The notes beneath the pieces are model-generated. The model was not told the origin of the DNA. It ran no database searches and worked only from the letters and a program-made list of their open reading frames with translations. Below, piece after piece: positions 47,050 to 57,559 of a stretch of DNA of 64,000 nt (position 1 is its first letter; every line of letters starts with the position of its first letter). The position numbers and the translations under genes are program-made. Source of the stretch: an uncultured cyanobacterium (GTDB lineage: Bacteria; Cyanobacteriota; Cyanobacteriia; CAKZMO01); contig CAVRCJ010000001.1 in assembly GCA_963719515.1 (NCBI GenBank), positions 310,942 through 374,941 on the forward strand. Reading direction: 5' to 3'.

Positions 47050-49830
47050 ATGCGCTATTATCTAAAATTTCTATTGCCGGTATGTATTGCTGCTTTACCT
47101 ATTACAGCGGCTGTTTCGTCTCAATCTTTGACCATCGCTAACTTGATCGTATTGAAGACTCCTCTAGTTGTAGCTCAAGCTCGATTACGTACTGAACTAG
47201 AGAGGGCAGACGAATTTCATAATCGAGGCATACAACAGTTCAATGACAGAAACTTCCGTGAGGCGATAGAATCACTACAATCTGCATTGGAGTTATATCA
47301 AAAACTTGGAGAGCGGCAATTAGAAGGACGTACACTAAATGCAATAGGTTCAGCCCTTCGTGCGGTAGGAGATTATCAAGCTGGAATCGACTATCATCAG
47401 CAGGCTCTCATCGTTGCTCAAGATACTAATAGCCCTAGACAAGAAGCCTCAGCTTTATATAATTTAGGTAGCGCTTATCGCCAAGTAGGTATTTTTCAGC
47501 AAGCTGTAGATTTATACAGAAAAGTAATAGAAATTGCTATTGAAATTGATGATTCAGAGCTAGAAAGGAAAGCCATGAACGATCTGAATCTTGCTATTAG
47601 TAATGTAGATCAATCTCAACAGCAAAATGACAGTATTGACTACTTTTCACAGCAGCTAGAAGCTGCCCGCGATGCTGGCGACCGTATAAGAATTACCCGC
47701 GCTCTGGGCGATTTAGCTAACGCGTATAGCGCCTTTGAATTGTATCCACAAGCTTTTCCTCTTTATGAGGAGCAGCTAGAGCTTGCTCGCGAAATCAATG
47801 AGCGTGCAATGGAGGCTAGTGCATTACGTGGTTTAGGTGAGGCTTACTATAATTTGGGAAAATATCGACAAGCTGTCTCTTTATACGAGCAACAGCTAGC
47901 TATTACTCGTGAGATTAGCGATCCCATTTTCGAGATGCAAGCTTTAACCGCGCTAGCATATTCGCACAACGCACTAAGACAATTTAAAGAAGCTATTGAT
48001 TATTATGAGCAGCAGCTTGTAATTATCCAAGAAATAGATTTTCCCGCAGGAAAAGGAATTATCTTGAGTAACATAGGACTTCTATTTTTACAAGATGGCC
48101 AATCTGAGCTTGCAACCATCTTTTTAAAAGAGTCTGTTAATGTTTGGGAAGAAGTTCGCCAGAGAATCGATGACGAAGAACTAATTCAATCTTATACTAA
48201 TACTATCTCGGACACCTATCGCAATCTCGCTAGTTTACTTCTCGAACAAGACCGTTTGCTTGAAGCGGAGCAGGTCTTAGATCTACTTAAAATTCAAGAA
48301 ATCAAACAGTATACCCGAGGGCAAGTCCTTGCCCCCACCAGTCGTCTCGTCTTCCTCAGTCCTGCTGAACAAGACATTTATCGTAAATATGAAAGCATCA
48401 TTGGCTTTGCTAAAGAAGTTGCTGCCTGTCGACAAGCTTCCGACTGTTTTGGAAGCGATCGCATGCAAATCCTACAGGCCGACCGCCGCGCCCTCACCGC
48501 TGAATTTGACCAAGCGGTCCAGGAATTTGCCGCTGAGATTCAGCGACGTATTGGAGGAGGAGAGCCCCTTATTGCCATTAATACCCTCACCGGTGCTGGT
48601 CAAGACATTGTCAACGCCCAGCCAGATACTGTTCTTATTTATCCTGTTGTGCTTGACGACAGCCTCTGGCTGATGTGGGTCACAGAAGCCGGGGTGCCCA
48701 ACGCTATTAAAGTCAACGACATCGGCAAAGCTGAGATTGATAAAGCTGTGCTGAAATTTCGCCTACTCATGCGCAAGTGCGAAGATAACAGCCTCTATTG
48801 CCAATCTGAAACTGGCATTCAAGCGATTCAGACGGTGTCTCAGCAGCTCTATACTTGGTTGATGCCCGACCTACTGGAAACTGAGCTGCGCGAGAATGGC
48901 ATCCAAAACCTGGTGTTTTCCCTAGACCAGTCCATTCGCTACATCCCCATCGCTGCCTTGTTTGATGGCGATCGCTACCTAGCCGAAAGTTATACTATCT
49001 CCACTGTCAACAGCGCTAGCCTCACTAACCGCGACCGCCCCCTGCCCGATCGCCCCAACGAAACCTCCGTTCTCGCCTTGGGACTATCCGACCCCGTCCC
49101 CGCCAACCCCGACATAGGTATCCCTAGCTTCAGGGCATTAGACAATGTCCCCGCCGAAATTAACGCAATCGTCAAGCAAAACGGAGCAGACGAGGGCGTC
49201 TACCAAGGTACTGAGCAGCTCAATGCCGAGTTTGACGAATCCGCTATCCTCCAGGCACCGGGCCATCAGATTCTGCATATTGCTACCCATGGCCTATTTG
49301 ACCCTACTAGCCTCGTCTCCTCATTTCTAGTTCTAGGGACTCAAGAACCCTGGCGCATCTCTGATATCAACCTCGATCGCCAGCTCTTTTCAGATATCAG
49401 TCTTGTTGTCCTCTCTGCTTGTGAAACTGGCTTAGCACAAAATGACTGGGCAGCAAATCCGGGAGAGAACGTAGAATTATCTGACGGGCGAGAGGTTTCT
49501 AGCATCGCCCAAGCCTTCATCACTGCGGGCGCAAACACTGTCATTGCCTCTCTGTGGCAAGTAAGCGACGCAGCTACCAGCGAAGTCATGCAGTCCTTCT
49601 ACGGCAGCCTAGCCCAAAACACCGCCGACACCCCCGTCACCATCGCTCAAGCCATGCAGACTGCCCAGCTTCAGATGCTTTATGGCAGTACTGACGCCGA
49701 CTTTGGGCCGAACCGAAGCACCGAGCAGGACGCGACTATCGACGTGCAGACCACTGCTAGCAGCGCATCATCCCGCTATGCCCATCCCTACTACTGGTCA
49801 CCCTTCGTCATCATCGGCAACGGTCTTTAA
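47050..49830 (+). CDS. TPR-CHAT protease with probable signal peptide
   Basis: TPRs; HIATHG, LSACETG, HPYYWSPF. Confidence 0.9.
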   Translation: MRYYLKFLLPVCIAALPITAAVSSQSLTIANLIVLKTPLVVAQARLRTELERADEFHNRGIQQFNDRNFREAIESLQSALELYQKLGERQLEGRTLNAIGSALRAVGDYQAGIDYHQQALIVAQDTNSPRQEASALYNLGSAYRQVGIFQQAVDLYRKVIEIAIEIDDSELERKAMNDLNLAISNVDQSQQQNDSIDYFSQQLEAARDAGDRIRITRALGDLANAYSAFELYPQAFPLYEEQLELAREINERAMEASALRGLGEAYYNLGKYRQAVSLYEQQLAITREISDPIFEMQALTALAYSHNALRQFKEAIDYYEQQLVIIQEIDFPAGKGIILSNIGLLFLQDGQSELATIFLKESVNVWEEVRQRIDDEELIQSYTNTISDTYRNLASLLLEQDRLLEAEQVLDLLKIQEIKQYTRGQVLAPTSRLVFLSPAEQDIYRKYESIIGFAKEVAACRQASDCFGSDRMQILQADRRALTAEFDQAVQEFAAEIQRRIGGGEPLIAINTLTGAGQDIVNAQPDTVLIYPVVLDDSLWLMWVTEAGVPNAIKVNDIGKAEIDKAVLKFRLLMRKCEDNSLYCQSETGIQAIQTVSQQLYTWLMPDLLETELRENGIQNLVFSLDQSIRYIPIAALFDGDRYLAESYTISTVNSASLTNRDRPLPDRPNETSVLALGLSDPVPANPDIGIPSFRALDNVPAEINAIVKQNGADEGVYQGTEQLNAEFDESAILQAPGHQILHIATHGLFDPTSLVSSFLVLGTQEPWRISDINLDRQLFSDISLVVLSACETGLAQNDWAANPGENVELSDGREVSSIAQAFITAGANTVIASLWQVSDAATSEVMQSFYGSLAQNTADTPVTIAQAMQTAQLQMLYGSTDADFGPNRSTEQDATIDVQTTASSASSRYAHPYYWSPFVIIGNGL

Positions 49831-49846
49831 AGGCCGCTAAACCTCC

Positions 49847-52798
49847 CTACTCCGCCGCCCCAAATAGAGTAAACGCCGCCCACCGCGCCGGGTCATCCGG
49901 ATAGCGATCGCGGGTGGCCAACATCGCCTGCTGAAGGGCGATCGCCCGATTCGGCTGCTGCTGGAGCTGACGATAGAACTCTTCCATCAGCTCCGCCGTT
50001 GGCCCATCGGGAATGGCCCACAGCGTCACCACCAAGCTTTCTACCCCCGCTGTCAAAAACGAGCGGGATAAACCAATGACGCCATCTCCCGTAATACGAC
50101 CCTGCCCTGTGTCGCAGGCGCTCAGTACCACTAGCCGAGCGCTCATAGACAAGTCAGTAATTTCGGCGGCGGTAAGATAGCCGTCGTCGTCATCTGTTGG
50201 CGCTAATGCCAAAGCGCCTGGAATGCCAGTGTCCAGATCGTCGAGCAGGCCATGGGTGGCTAGATGTACAATCGATGCCGTCTGCATTTGCGACACCACC
50301 GCCTTCTCCGTCGCCGCAGTGTCTATCAGAGGTGTAGCGCTGAGCAGCGGCGACACTTGTTCTGCTTCTCGTCTGGCCCCCGGGAGCTGATTCCAAGGGA
50401 CGATGCTGCCTGGCCGATTAGGCATTTTAGGATCGCCAACAACTAGGGCAGCATCGGTACCGACGCGCAGGGGCGATCGCTGCGGCGAGACGTTGAGCAG
50501 GCCGATGGCGGGGGCAAATAGCAGCGGGTGCTTTTCGATTAGCGCAGTGTTATTTTCGTCAGGTAGGGCGGCGAAGGGGACTAAAAATAGGGCATCGTGG
50601 GGAATGATGACGACCGGGGTGTTGTGGTTCGCGCCGTTTTCGCCATGCAAAACATCAGAGATAGGCTCAATCAAGAGCTGGTGTAAGGGATAGAGCACCT
50701 CTTTGCTCGGCAGCGGATTTCTTCCGATGACCTCGATACCGGCGCTGCGCAGCAGCACCCCTGGTATACCCAAAGCTCTGCGGCTTTGAATCACCCAATC
50801 GGCCAGTGGCTTATCTATCGGACTTTGGCGAAAGTGGATTTGTCCCGTCGGTTCGATTACCCAGATGTAAAGCTCGTCTTCCACCAGCGAGTACTCCACC
50901 AGGATGGCGTCCTGTGCCTGGGCGATCGCCTTAATCTTCTCGATGCTGGGGGGCTGCACCTGCTGATCTGGAAGCGGTTCACCCCGCAGCGATAGCCTGT
51001 GGGCAAGCAGTTCCGCAAAGGCTCGCGATCGCCCTTGTTCGGAGACTTCTAGGGCTTGGTCGCTGTTGCCCACAGCAACTAGAGCCTGCTGCAATAGGCG
51101 GTAGGTGTGAGACTGGGTCTCGATGATCGAGATTTTGTCTGCGTCGGTTAGCCCCGGTCGCTGCTGCTCCCAGGCAAGCACTGCATCTCGCAGGACAATC
51201 GCCGCATCCTCTGGCTTATTTTGCAGCAACAGTTCTCCCTTGGCGCTGAGGGTTTCGGCTTCACCGCTGACGTAGGTGTTGTCGGTACTGTCGCCACCAT
51301 CCTCAATATTGTGCCATAGGTATAGAGCCTGATCGTACTGCGTTAGAGCTTCGCTGACTTCATCTTGTCGGACAGCGAGCTGACCTAAGCCGTAGTGACT
51401 GCGGGCCATGGCGGTTGGGTCATTTGCGGCTTGGGAAATTTCTAGCGCTTTTGTGAGGTAGAGCCGTGCTTTGTCTAGGTTGCCTAGCTCTAAGTAGGCC
51501 TCCCCGACGCGGCTGAGGGCGATCGCCTCCCCGGCATCATCGCTGTTCTTTCGGTAGTCAGCTAGACTGAGTTTAGCAAACCGCAGAGCCTGGGTGAGAT
51601 TGTCGGAGCGGCTGTAGGCCAGCGCTAGCGCCCTGAAAATTAGTCCTTCTTGACCCTGTCCTTCGCGGTCAGAACTTCGTCGATCAGTGCCCTGGGGGAT
51701 AGGCTGGTATTGCTCAAGAGCTCGCTTCAGTAAGGCAATCGCCCGCTCAGTTTGTCCTAGGCGAATGTAAGTTTCGCCCAAGTAAGCTAAGGAGTCCACG
51801 TCCCCCTGCGGATCGCCGATGGCTTGTCGAACGGCCTGACTCTGCTGATAGTAGTCCAGGGCGTTGGCATATTCTCCCCGCTCGGCGTAGAGGTTACCAA
51901 TTTGGTCTAGGGCGTCGCTCTCCCGCAGGCGGTTACCCGTGGTGCGGTACACCTGTAGCGCCGCTTCAAAAGTGGTTTGTGCGCCGTCCAGGTCACCCCC
52001 TTCGGATTGCTGCTGGCCTGTTTGGTACAGTTCGGCGGCATCATCGCTAAAGGCGCAGATAGTTGCAGGATAGACAGGACAACCTTTAATTCTGAGAGGG
52101 AGGTTTCTTAGTTCGAACTCAATAAGCTGCTGAAGCGGCGATAGACTGCTGATGTCGCGAATTGCATTTCCACTAAGTCTGAGACTTTTGAGCTCTACCA
52201 ATTGGGCTAGCGGTTCTACTAACTCTATGCGGTTGCTAATCAAGTCAAGGTTAGTTAGTGTAGTAAGAGAGCTTAAGGGTGACAAGTCACTAATCCAATT
52301 GTTTTTGATGTAGAGTTCGGTTAAGTAAAGGCGAGCTATAGGTTTTATATTTTCAATACGGTTCTCGTCGACAGAGAGAATCTCTAACCGGGTTAGACTT
52401 GTCAGCGGACTGAGGTTCCGAATCTGATTCTTACTTAGATCGAGAGTTTGCAAATTAGTAAGAGCTGACAGTGGGCCAATGTCTTCAACTTCGTTATTTC
52501 CAAGAGATAATACTCGTAGCTGAGTCAAACTGGTTAGAGGAGCTAGAGATTTGATTTGACGATTGTCAAGCCGTAAGCGCTCCAGACCGTGAAGATATTT
52601 ATCTGCTACGTTACAGTCATTAGTTTCCGCCGTCTCCAGCAATACTTCAATAGTGTGACGCTCAGCGGCGGGGAGATCCTCCCGTTGAGCGCACAAGCTA
52701 GCAAAGCGGAGAGGCTGCGCGACGGCTAAAGTTGCGGGTAACAAAGCCGAGACGGAGGGTAAGGTAAATACCAAGGGAGCTAATAAATTTATAATCAT
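49847..52798 (-). CDS. LRR-TPR-CHAT protease
   Basis: Internalin-like 22-aa LRRs (L..L.L..N.I.DLSPL), TPRs, HLATHG, LSACDTG, WAAF. Confidence 0.9.
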   Translation of the reverse strand: MIINLLAPLVFTLPSVSALLPATLAVAQPLRFASLCAQREDLPAAERHTIEVLLETAETNDCNVADKYLHGLERLRLDNRQIKSLAPLTSLTQLRVLSLGNNEVEDIGPLSALTNLQTLDLSKNQIRNLSPLTSLTRLEILSVDENRIENIKPIARLYLTELYIKNNWISDLSPLSSLTTLTNLDLISNRIELVEPLAQLVELKSLRLSGNAIRDISSLSPLQQLIEFELRNLPLRIKGCPVYPATICAFSDDAAELYQTGQQQSEGGDLDGAQTTFEAALQVYRTTGNRLRESDALDQIGNLYAERGEYANALDYYQQSQAVRQAIGDPQGDVDSLAYLGETYIRLGQTERAIALLKRALEQYQPIPQGTDRRSSDREGQGQEGLIFRALALAYSRSDNLTQALRFAKLSLADYRKNSDDAGEAIALSRVGEAYLELGNLDKARLYLTKALEISQAANDPTAMARSHYGLGQLAVRQDEVSEALTQYDQALYLWHNIEDGGDSTDNTYVSGEAETLSAKGELLLQNKPEDAAIVLRDAVLAWEQQRPGLTDADKISIIETQSHTYRLLQQALVAVGNSDQALEVSEQGRSRAFAELLAHRLSLRGEPLPDQQVQPPSIEKIKAIAQAQDAILVEYSLVEDELYIWVIEPTGQIHFRQSPIDKPLADWVIQSRRALGIPGVLLRSAGIEVIGRNPLPSKEVLYPLHQLLIEPISDVLHGENGANHNTPVVIIPHDALFLVPFAALPDENNTALIEKHPLLFAPAIGLLNVSPQRSPLRVGTDAALVVGDPKMPNRPGSIVPWNQLPGARREAEQVSPLLSATPLIDTAATEKAVVSQMQTASIVHLATHGLLDDLDTGIPGALALAPTDDDDGYLTAAEITDLSMSARLVVLSACDTGQGRITGDGVIGLSRSFLTAGVESLVVTLWAIPDGPTAELMEEFYRQLQQQPNRAIALQQAMLATRDRYPDDPARWAAFTLFGAAE

Positions 52799-52815
52799 AT
52801 CAATTGCGCTATTGG

Positions 52816-53946
52816 TTATGGTATCAATGTTTCTCGCTCACATGGGCCTAACTCGTCATTCGGCAAAGTGGCTTGACAAAAATTAGTATCTTGTAGGCTA
52901 GCCCCATCTAGCTGCGCGTTGAGCAGGCTAGCCCGCTCCAAATCTGCCCCTGCTAAATTAGCGTTGCGTAAATTAGCGTTGTCCAAAATGGCACCGGCTA
53001 AATCGGCTCCTTGCAAATTACTACTAGATAAGTCAGCACCTTTGAGTTGAACTCCAATCAGGTCAGCATTGCTGAAGTCTATGTTACTAAGGTTGCAGTA
53101 TAAGCACTCATTTCCAGCTCTAAGCCGTCGTAAGTGAGCCGCCTGCTCAATTTTAAGGCGATCGCTTTCAGCAATAGAATTATTTTGCAAACTAAGTCTC
53201 GTCACCTGTTCTAAAAGTAATAGAGGGGAAGCATCTACAACTTGATTTGAGATAAGCCTTATTGTCGCCAGCGCTGTTAAGTTTCTTAGCGGCTCTAGGT
53301 CTTCAACTTGATTGTTGTTGAGATGGAGATTTTCTAAATAAGTCAGCTCTTGTAAAGGATATATATCGTATATTTGATTTGTAGACAAATTGAGCTCATT
53401 TAGTGCAATAAGTCTACTCAATGGCGCTAAATCTCGAATGGCGTTGTCCTCAAGCTCCAGAACTTCTAAATTAGTCAAGGATACTAGAGGACGTAGATCT
53501 TCAACTTGATTTCTTGATAGCCTAAGGGTCCGTAAACTCACAAGTTGAGCAAGCGGGCTCAAGTCGCTTACCGAGTTACCGCTAAAAGTCAAATCGTATA
53601 GGTTAGTGAGCTGTGATAGTGGAGTTAAATCGGTAATCTGATTGTTGTCTAAGTACAGTTTGTTAAGCTGGGTAAAATCGGCTAGAACACCAATGTCTTG
53701 AAGACGAGAATTTCCGAGCTGAAGGCTATCTGCTTCGAGTAAGATGCGATTGGCTTCTTCGCAGTCATCAACATCTGCAAGCGTCAAAAGTACCTCTATA
53801 GTCTGCTGCCTATTCTCATTTATGCGATCGCGCTGTTCACACTGCGACAGAAACCGCTTCGGAGTGGTAGACAAAGGCCGTAGCGTAGGCGTCGATTTGG
53901 GCATCAAGCCGATCAATAGGGCGATCGCAGGTCCCCACGTCAACAT
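52816..53946 (-). CDS. LRR plus pentapeptide-repeat protein
   Basis: LRRs, then CLYCNLS and A(D/N)Lxx pentapeptides. Start uncertain (53946 or 53964). Confidence 0.85.
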   Translation of the reverse strand: MLTWGPAIALLIGLMPKSTPTLRPLSTTPKRFLSQCEQRDRINENRQQTIEVLLTLADVDDCEEANRILLEADSLQLGNSRLQDIGVLADFTQLNKLYLDNNQITDLTPLSQLTNLYDLTFSGNSVSDLSPLAQLVSLRTLRLSRNQVEDLRPLVSLTNLEVLELEDNAIRDLAPLSRLIALNELNLSTNQIYDIYPLQELTYLENLHLNNNQVEDLEPLRNLTALATIRLISNQVVDASPLLLLEQVTRLSLQNNSIAESDRLKIEQAAHLRRLRAGNECLYCNLSNIDFSNADLIGVQLKGADLSSSNLQGADLAGAILDNANLRNANLAGADLERASLLNAQLDGASLQDTNFCQATLPNDELGPCERETLIP

Positions 53947-54216
53947 GTTATGAAAAATATACACTCTTAAGAAAGTATTGAATTCTGGGGGTTTCTTTCG
54001 AAACGCGGTAAATTATATTCACTGGTCTTACGGTACGACTATCTTGTTCAGCATTGTAGAGATTTAATATCCTCAGATTCTCAATGCAGCAATAGAAATT
54101 CTACTAACAAGAATGGACCAGCGACGGTTCATATTACAAATCTTCACGTTCTGATAGAGGCGTAGCGGTACGACTCAATAGGATGAGTCCCCATTTATTG
54201 CATGTACTTAGACTAA

Positions 54217-55671
54217 ATGATCACAACTATTAAGGCTGTCAAAACTTGCAAGCTGATAGCTATTTTGGGTATTTCTACAGGTTTAGCAGTAGCGATAGGC
54301 CTCAACGTATCTGCAGATATTCCTGAGGAGGCAATCGTTGAAAGCATTTCTCATAATAGCGCTAAATTTTTTATCCGTACTGAAGGAAACGAGACAATTC
54401 CTGTAGAGGTGAACACCGCATTCCGACCGGGTCGAGATTTGATTACTAAGGAAGCAGATCTTGAAACCTTTGCTGAACTAGGATTTCGCACCAGCGGTAG
54501 CGTTCTTGACTTTCACGTCATAGCGGCGGCTGGAGAAGAGCCGGGGATCTACTACTTTCCATGTCAACTTCAGACCTCTGAGACCACTATCATTGGTTGG
54601 GGGCTAGGGGGCGATCGCGCCAAGGGCTGCGAGAAGGGTGTGGAGGTTAGAGGTGGGCGGACTGCATCTCAAGCTACACTGCCGTTTACGGTGGCATGGC
54701 TCAAGCAGCTGGCTCAAGCGCCTATTCGGCGTGTTTCCTACTGTAATGTAGTCGGAGAGACAGGTGTCAACTTTGCCACAGCGCTGTCAGGAAATCCCTG
54801 CAATAAGGCGCTAGAACAGTGTCAAACGGCGGGCAACAGCACATGCGAAACTTCAACTCAGGGCTTCTGGTGGAGCAACGAGGAGCAGATGAATGCCACT
54901 CTAGATTGCGGCCTAGAAGAACCCTTCACGATTGAAGGGACAGGTGAAACCATCGTCTCGCAGGTACAAACGCTACTGCAAAATACGCCAGGACAGAGCG
55001 GTGCTTGCATCTTGCATGTGCTTCGTCCTCAGGACTTGGTCATAGTACCGTTCTCCGATGAGGAGGTTGCTAGCCTTGGCAATGAAGACATTTGGGTTGA
55101 GACCCAAATGTCTACAGATGGCAAGCTTGAGGTGAGAAGTATCAGCGGGGGAGTCCACGTCCGCACCGGGACTGAACCATCCAAGCTGCAGCCCGTTCCT
55201 CAAGGCAAGCGCTTAATCCATCCATCGGAAGAGGATCCTATCAGCAGCTTCAATCGGCAAGAAAGTCTCACATCGACTAACGCAGCGGTTTTGTGCGCCT
55301 TTGCTTCCCAGGAAGACAGCAACTTGCCAGAGTTTGAGGTTTGTTACGAGGCAGGCTATCTTCCAGTTGCTTACCCAGTAGAGTTTTGCGACACCGAACT
55401 CGCTTATGGAAGCCGGGGTATCTATGAGCAATATTTGCAGATGAACAGCAACAGCGGTGAGCTCGAAATCGAGTACAACATGGTTAACATTCCCGACCAG
55501 CTACAGCTTTATTACGAAAACCGACTAATCTTCGACACCGGCCTTACTTCTGGTACTGGCCGTATCTCGGTTCCCTACAGCGGTATATCTAGTCGTATCA
55601 AGGTCGTCATGACCGGCAACTTGAATGAACCTGACACGCTCTGGAGATACAAGCTTCTCTGCTCTAATTAG
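54217..55671 (+). CDS. Cys-rich secreted hypothetical protein
   Basis: 484-aa ORF with an N-terminal hydrophobic segment and many Cys; no family confidently recognised. Confidence 0.7.
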   Translation: MITTIKAVKTCKLIAILGISTGLAVAIGLNVSADIPEEAIVESISHNSAKFFIRTEGNETIPVEVNTAFRPGRDLITKEADLETFAELGFRTSGSVLDFHVIAAAGEEPGIYYFPCQLQTSETTIIGWGLGGDRAKGCEKGVEVRGGRTASQATLPFTVAWLKQLAQAPIRRVSYCNVVGETGVNFATALSGNPCNKALEQCQTAGNSTCETSTQGFWWSNEEQMNATLDCGLEEPFTIEGTGETIVSQVQTLLQNTPGQSGACILHVLRPQDLVIVPFSDEEVASLGNEDIWVETQMSTDGKLEVRSISGGVHVRTGTEPSKLQPVPQGKRLIHPSEEDPISSFNRQESLTSTNAAVLCAFASQEDSNLPEFEVCYEAGYLPVAYPVEFCDTELAYGSRGIYEQYLQMNSNSGELEIEYNMVNIPDQLQLYYENRLIFDTGLTSGTGRISVPYSGISSRIKVVMTGNLNEPDTLWRYKLLCSN

Positions 55672-55687
55672 TCTCAACCTTCAAACG

Positions 55688-57163
55688 ATGAAACACCTAA
55701 AAAGTTTAGTGCTATTGCTGCTTAGTGCGGCTCTAGTTATTTGGGGATGGCCTGCAGCGGGTCACTCAGTTCAACCGTCAGCGGTACAAATCAATACCGT
55801 TGGTTCGGCAACAGCTAACGAGCTGATAGTAAGCCAAGCAAACGGGAGCACGAGCAGCCCTTTCATAGAGGCCGATCAGCTCTACCGCAATGGTCAGATT
55901 GATGAGGCAGTGGCACTCTACCGGCAGCTCAAACCCGAGTTTGAGCCTGCTGTTGAGATTGTAGACCCCATCTATGAAGCTGGTTCGCTTTCGCCCGAAG
56001 CCCAGGTCTATTGGACTAACGCCCAAACCGCTATAGATGACGGCGATGAGGCGCTCGCCCTTGAGACACTTCAGCAGCTTTACGCTGCCGACCCCGAATT
56101 TATTCCCGGAACGCTGGCTCTAGCAGAAATATTGGCAGAAGAGGACCAGGAAGATGAGGCGCTCGAGCTCTTAGAAAGAGCGGCTACCAACTACCCCTAT
56201 CTACCTGATGTGATTATGACCAGGGTAGAAGCCCTCTCAGATGCCGACGATCACTTAGAGGCTTCAATCGCTGCGCGCGAATTTGCCCTGGTAAACCTAG
56301 ATCATCCCCAAGCAGAAGACTTTGAGGAGATTGGCGACAAAGAATACAAGCGTTTTACCCGCAGTCGACGGAGAGGCGGTATCATTGGCGGCCTTGTCAA
56401 CATGGCAACCCGCGTAATTACCGGAGATGGACCGTTTGAATCTTTGGATAACGCCCTTGAAACCGCAGACATCATAAAGATGATGGTAGGTGATGAGTCG
56501 GCTTTAGGGGCGCAGCTCGCTGAGGGCTACAAGCAACAGCTCACCTTGGTCGAGGATGAGGATAAAGAGCAAGCTTCAGTCGCTAGGTATGTCACTCAGC
56601 TCGGGCTAGAGATGGCGCAACTCTCTGGACGGGAACTTGAGTATGAGTTTTTTGTAGTTCAGGACACCAGCATCAACGCCTTTGCTCTCCCTGGCGGTAA
56701 GATTTTTGTCAACACCGGAGCTATTAAAGCGGCTCATTCGCAGGCTGAACTGGCGGGACTGTTAGCCCATGAGGTGTCTCACTCAGTACTTTCGCACGGC
56801 GTACAGAGTTTCTTCCGCGATGACATGATCAGCCGATTCGCAGGCGAGGCAAATATACAGGCTACAGACTTTTTGGCGACGCTGGTAAGCCTACATTACA
56901 GTCGACAGCAGGAGCAACGTGCTGATGTTTTGGGCAACCGAATTTTATCCACTTCGAGCTATGCAGCAGATGGGTTACGCAACTTTATGCAGACGTTGGG
57001 TCAGGCTACTCAGTCCTCTGGACCAGAGATCGAGTACCTCTCTAGCCATCCGCTCACAGAAGACCGAGTGGACTATCTAGAAGAGATCATTCAGCGTAAT
57101 GGCTACAACCGCTATGCCTTAGAAGGGGTAGATCGGCATTCAGAGATTCAGGCGATGCTGTAG
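55688..57163 (+). CDS. M48-family zinc metallopeptidase with TPR-like N-terminus
   Basis: Signal peptide; INAFALPGG, ELAGLLAHEVSH, YSRQQEQRAD, YLSSHP. Confidence 0.9.
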   Translation: MKHLKSLVLLLLSAALVIWGWPAAGHSVQPSAVQINTVGSATANELIVSQANGSTSSPFIEADQLYRNGQIDEAVALYRQLKPEFEPAVEIVDPIYEAGSLSPEAQVYWTNAQTAIDDGDEALALETLQQLYAADPEFIPGTLALAEILAEEDQEDEALELLERAATNYPYLPDVIMTRVEALSDADDHLEASIAAREFALVNLDHPQAEDFEEIGDKEYKRFTRSRRRGGIIGGLVNMATRVITGDGPFESLDNALETADIIKMMVGDESALGAQLAEGYKQQLTLVEDEDKEQASVARYVTQLGLEMAQLSGRELEYEFFVVQDTSINAFALPGGKIFVNTGAIKAAHSQAELAGLLAHEVSHSVLSHGVQSFFRDDMISRFAGEANIQATDFLATLVSLHYSRQQEQRADVLGNRILSTSSYAADGLRNFMQTLGQATQSSGPEIEYLSSHPLTEDRVDYLEEIIQRNGYNRYALEGVDRHSEIQAML

Positions 57164-57223
57164 GGATAACCCTCATGGCGTCACTGATTACAGGTTAGTT
57201 CAGCAACGCCACGATTCGCTATG

Positions 57224-57559
57224 TTAATCCATCTTGCGAGGGCGGGGTATGCGTTTGGTGAGGATGCGCATCACGTGACTAGGGTTGATGACGCGCAGGG
57301 AGTCGGTGGTGACGCCGGGCATGGGGTGCGACCAGTCGTTGGCCTCTGCGTAGCCGAGGTGATGAAGCTGGAAGCGGCAGTTTTCGACGGCTTGGGGCGG
57401 GCCGATGGCGATTAGCCGTAGGGTGTCGTGGCCGTCGGAGCGGTAGCCGTCGGGGCTAGGGCCGCTGGTGTCCGGGTTGGTGGCGGCGTTGGCCGGGCTA
57501 GCGGAACTGTCGCCCTGCTCTTCAACGAGCTCAGGGCGCGGCGTAGATTCGTAAGTCAT
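57224..57559 (-). CDS. Small hypothetical protein (paralog of 16261-16638)
   Basis: Similarity to the 16261 ORF; GAGG RBS upstream. Confidence 0.7.
   Translation of the reverse strand: MTYESTPRPELVEEQGDSSASPANAATNPDTSGPSPDGYRSDGHDTLRLIAIGPPQAVENCRFQLHHLGYAEANDWSHPMPGVTTDSLRVINPSHVMRILTKRIPRPRKMD

Noticed and set aside
54140..54175. Additional island-motif copy upstream of 54217
   Set aside because: Only the right half (AGCGGTAC) matches; CCATA is absent.
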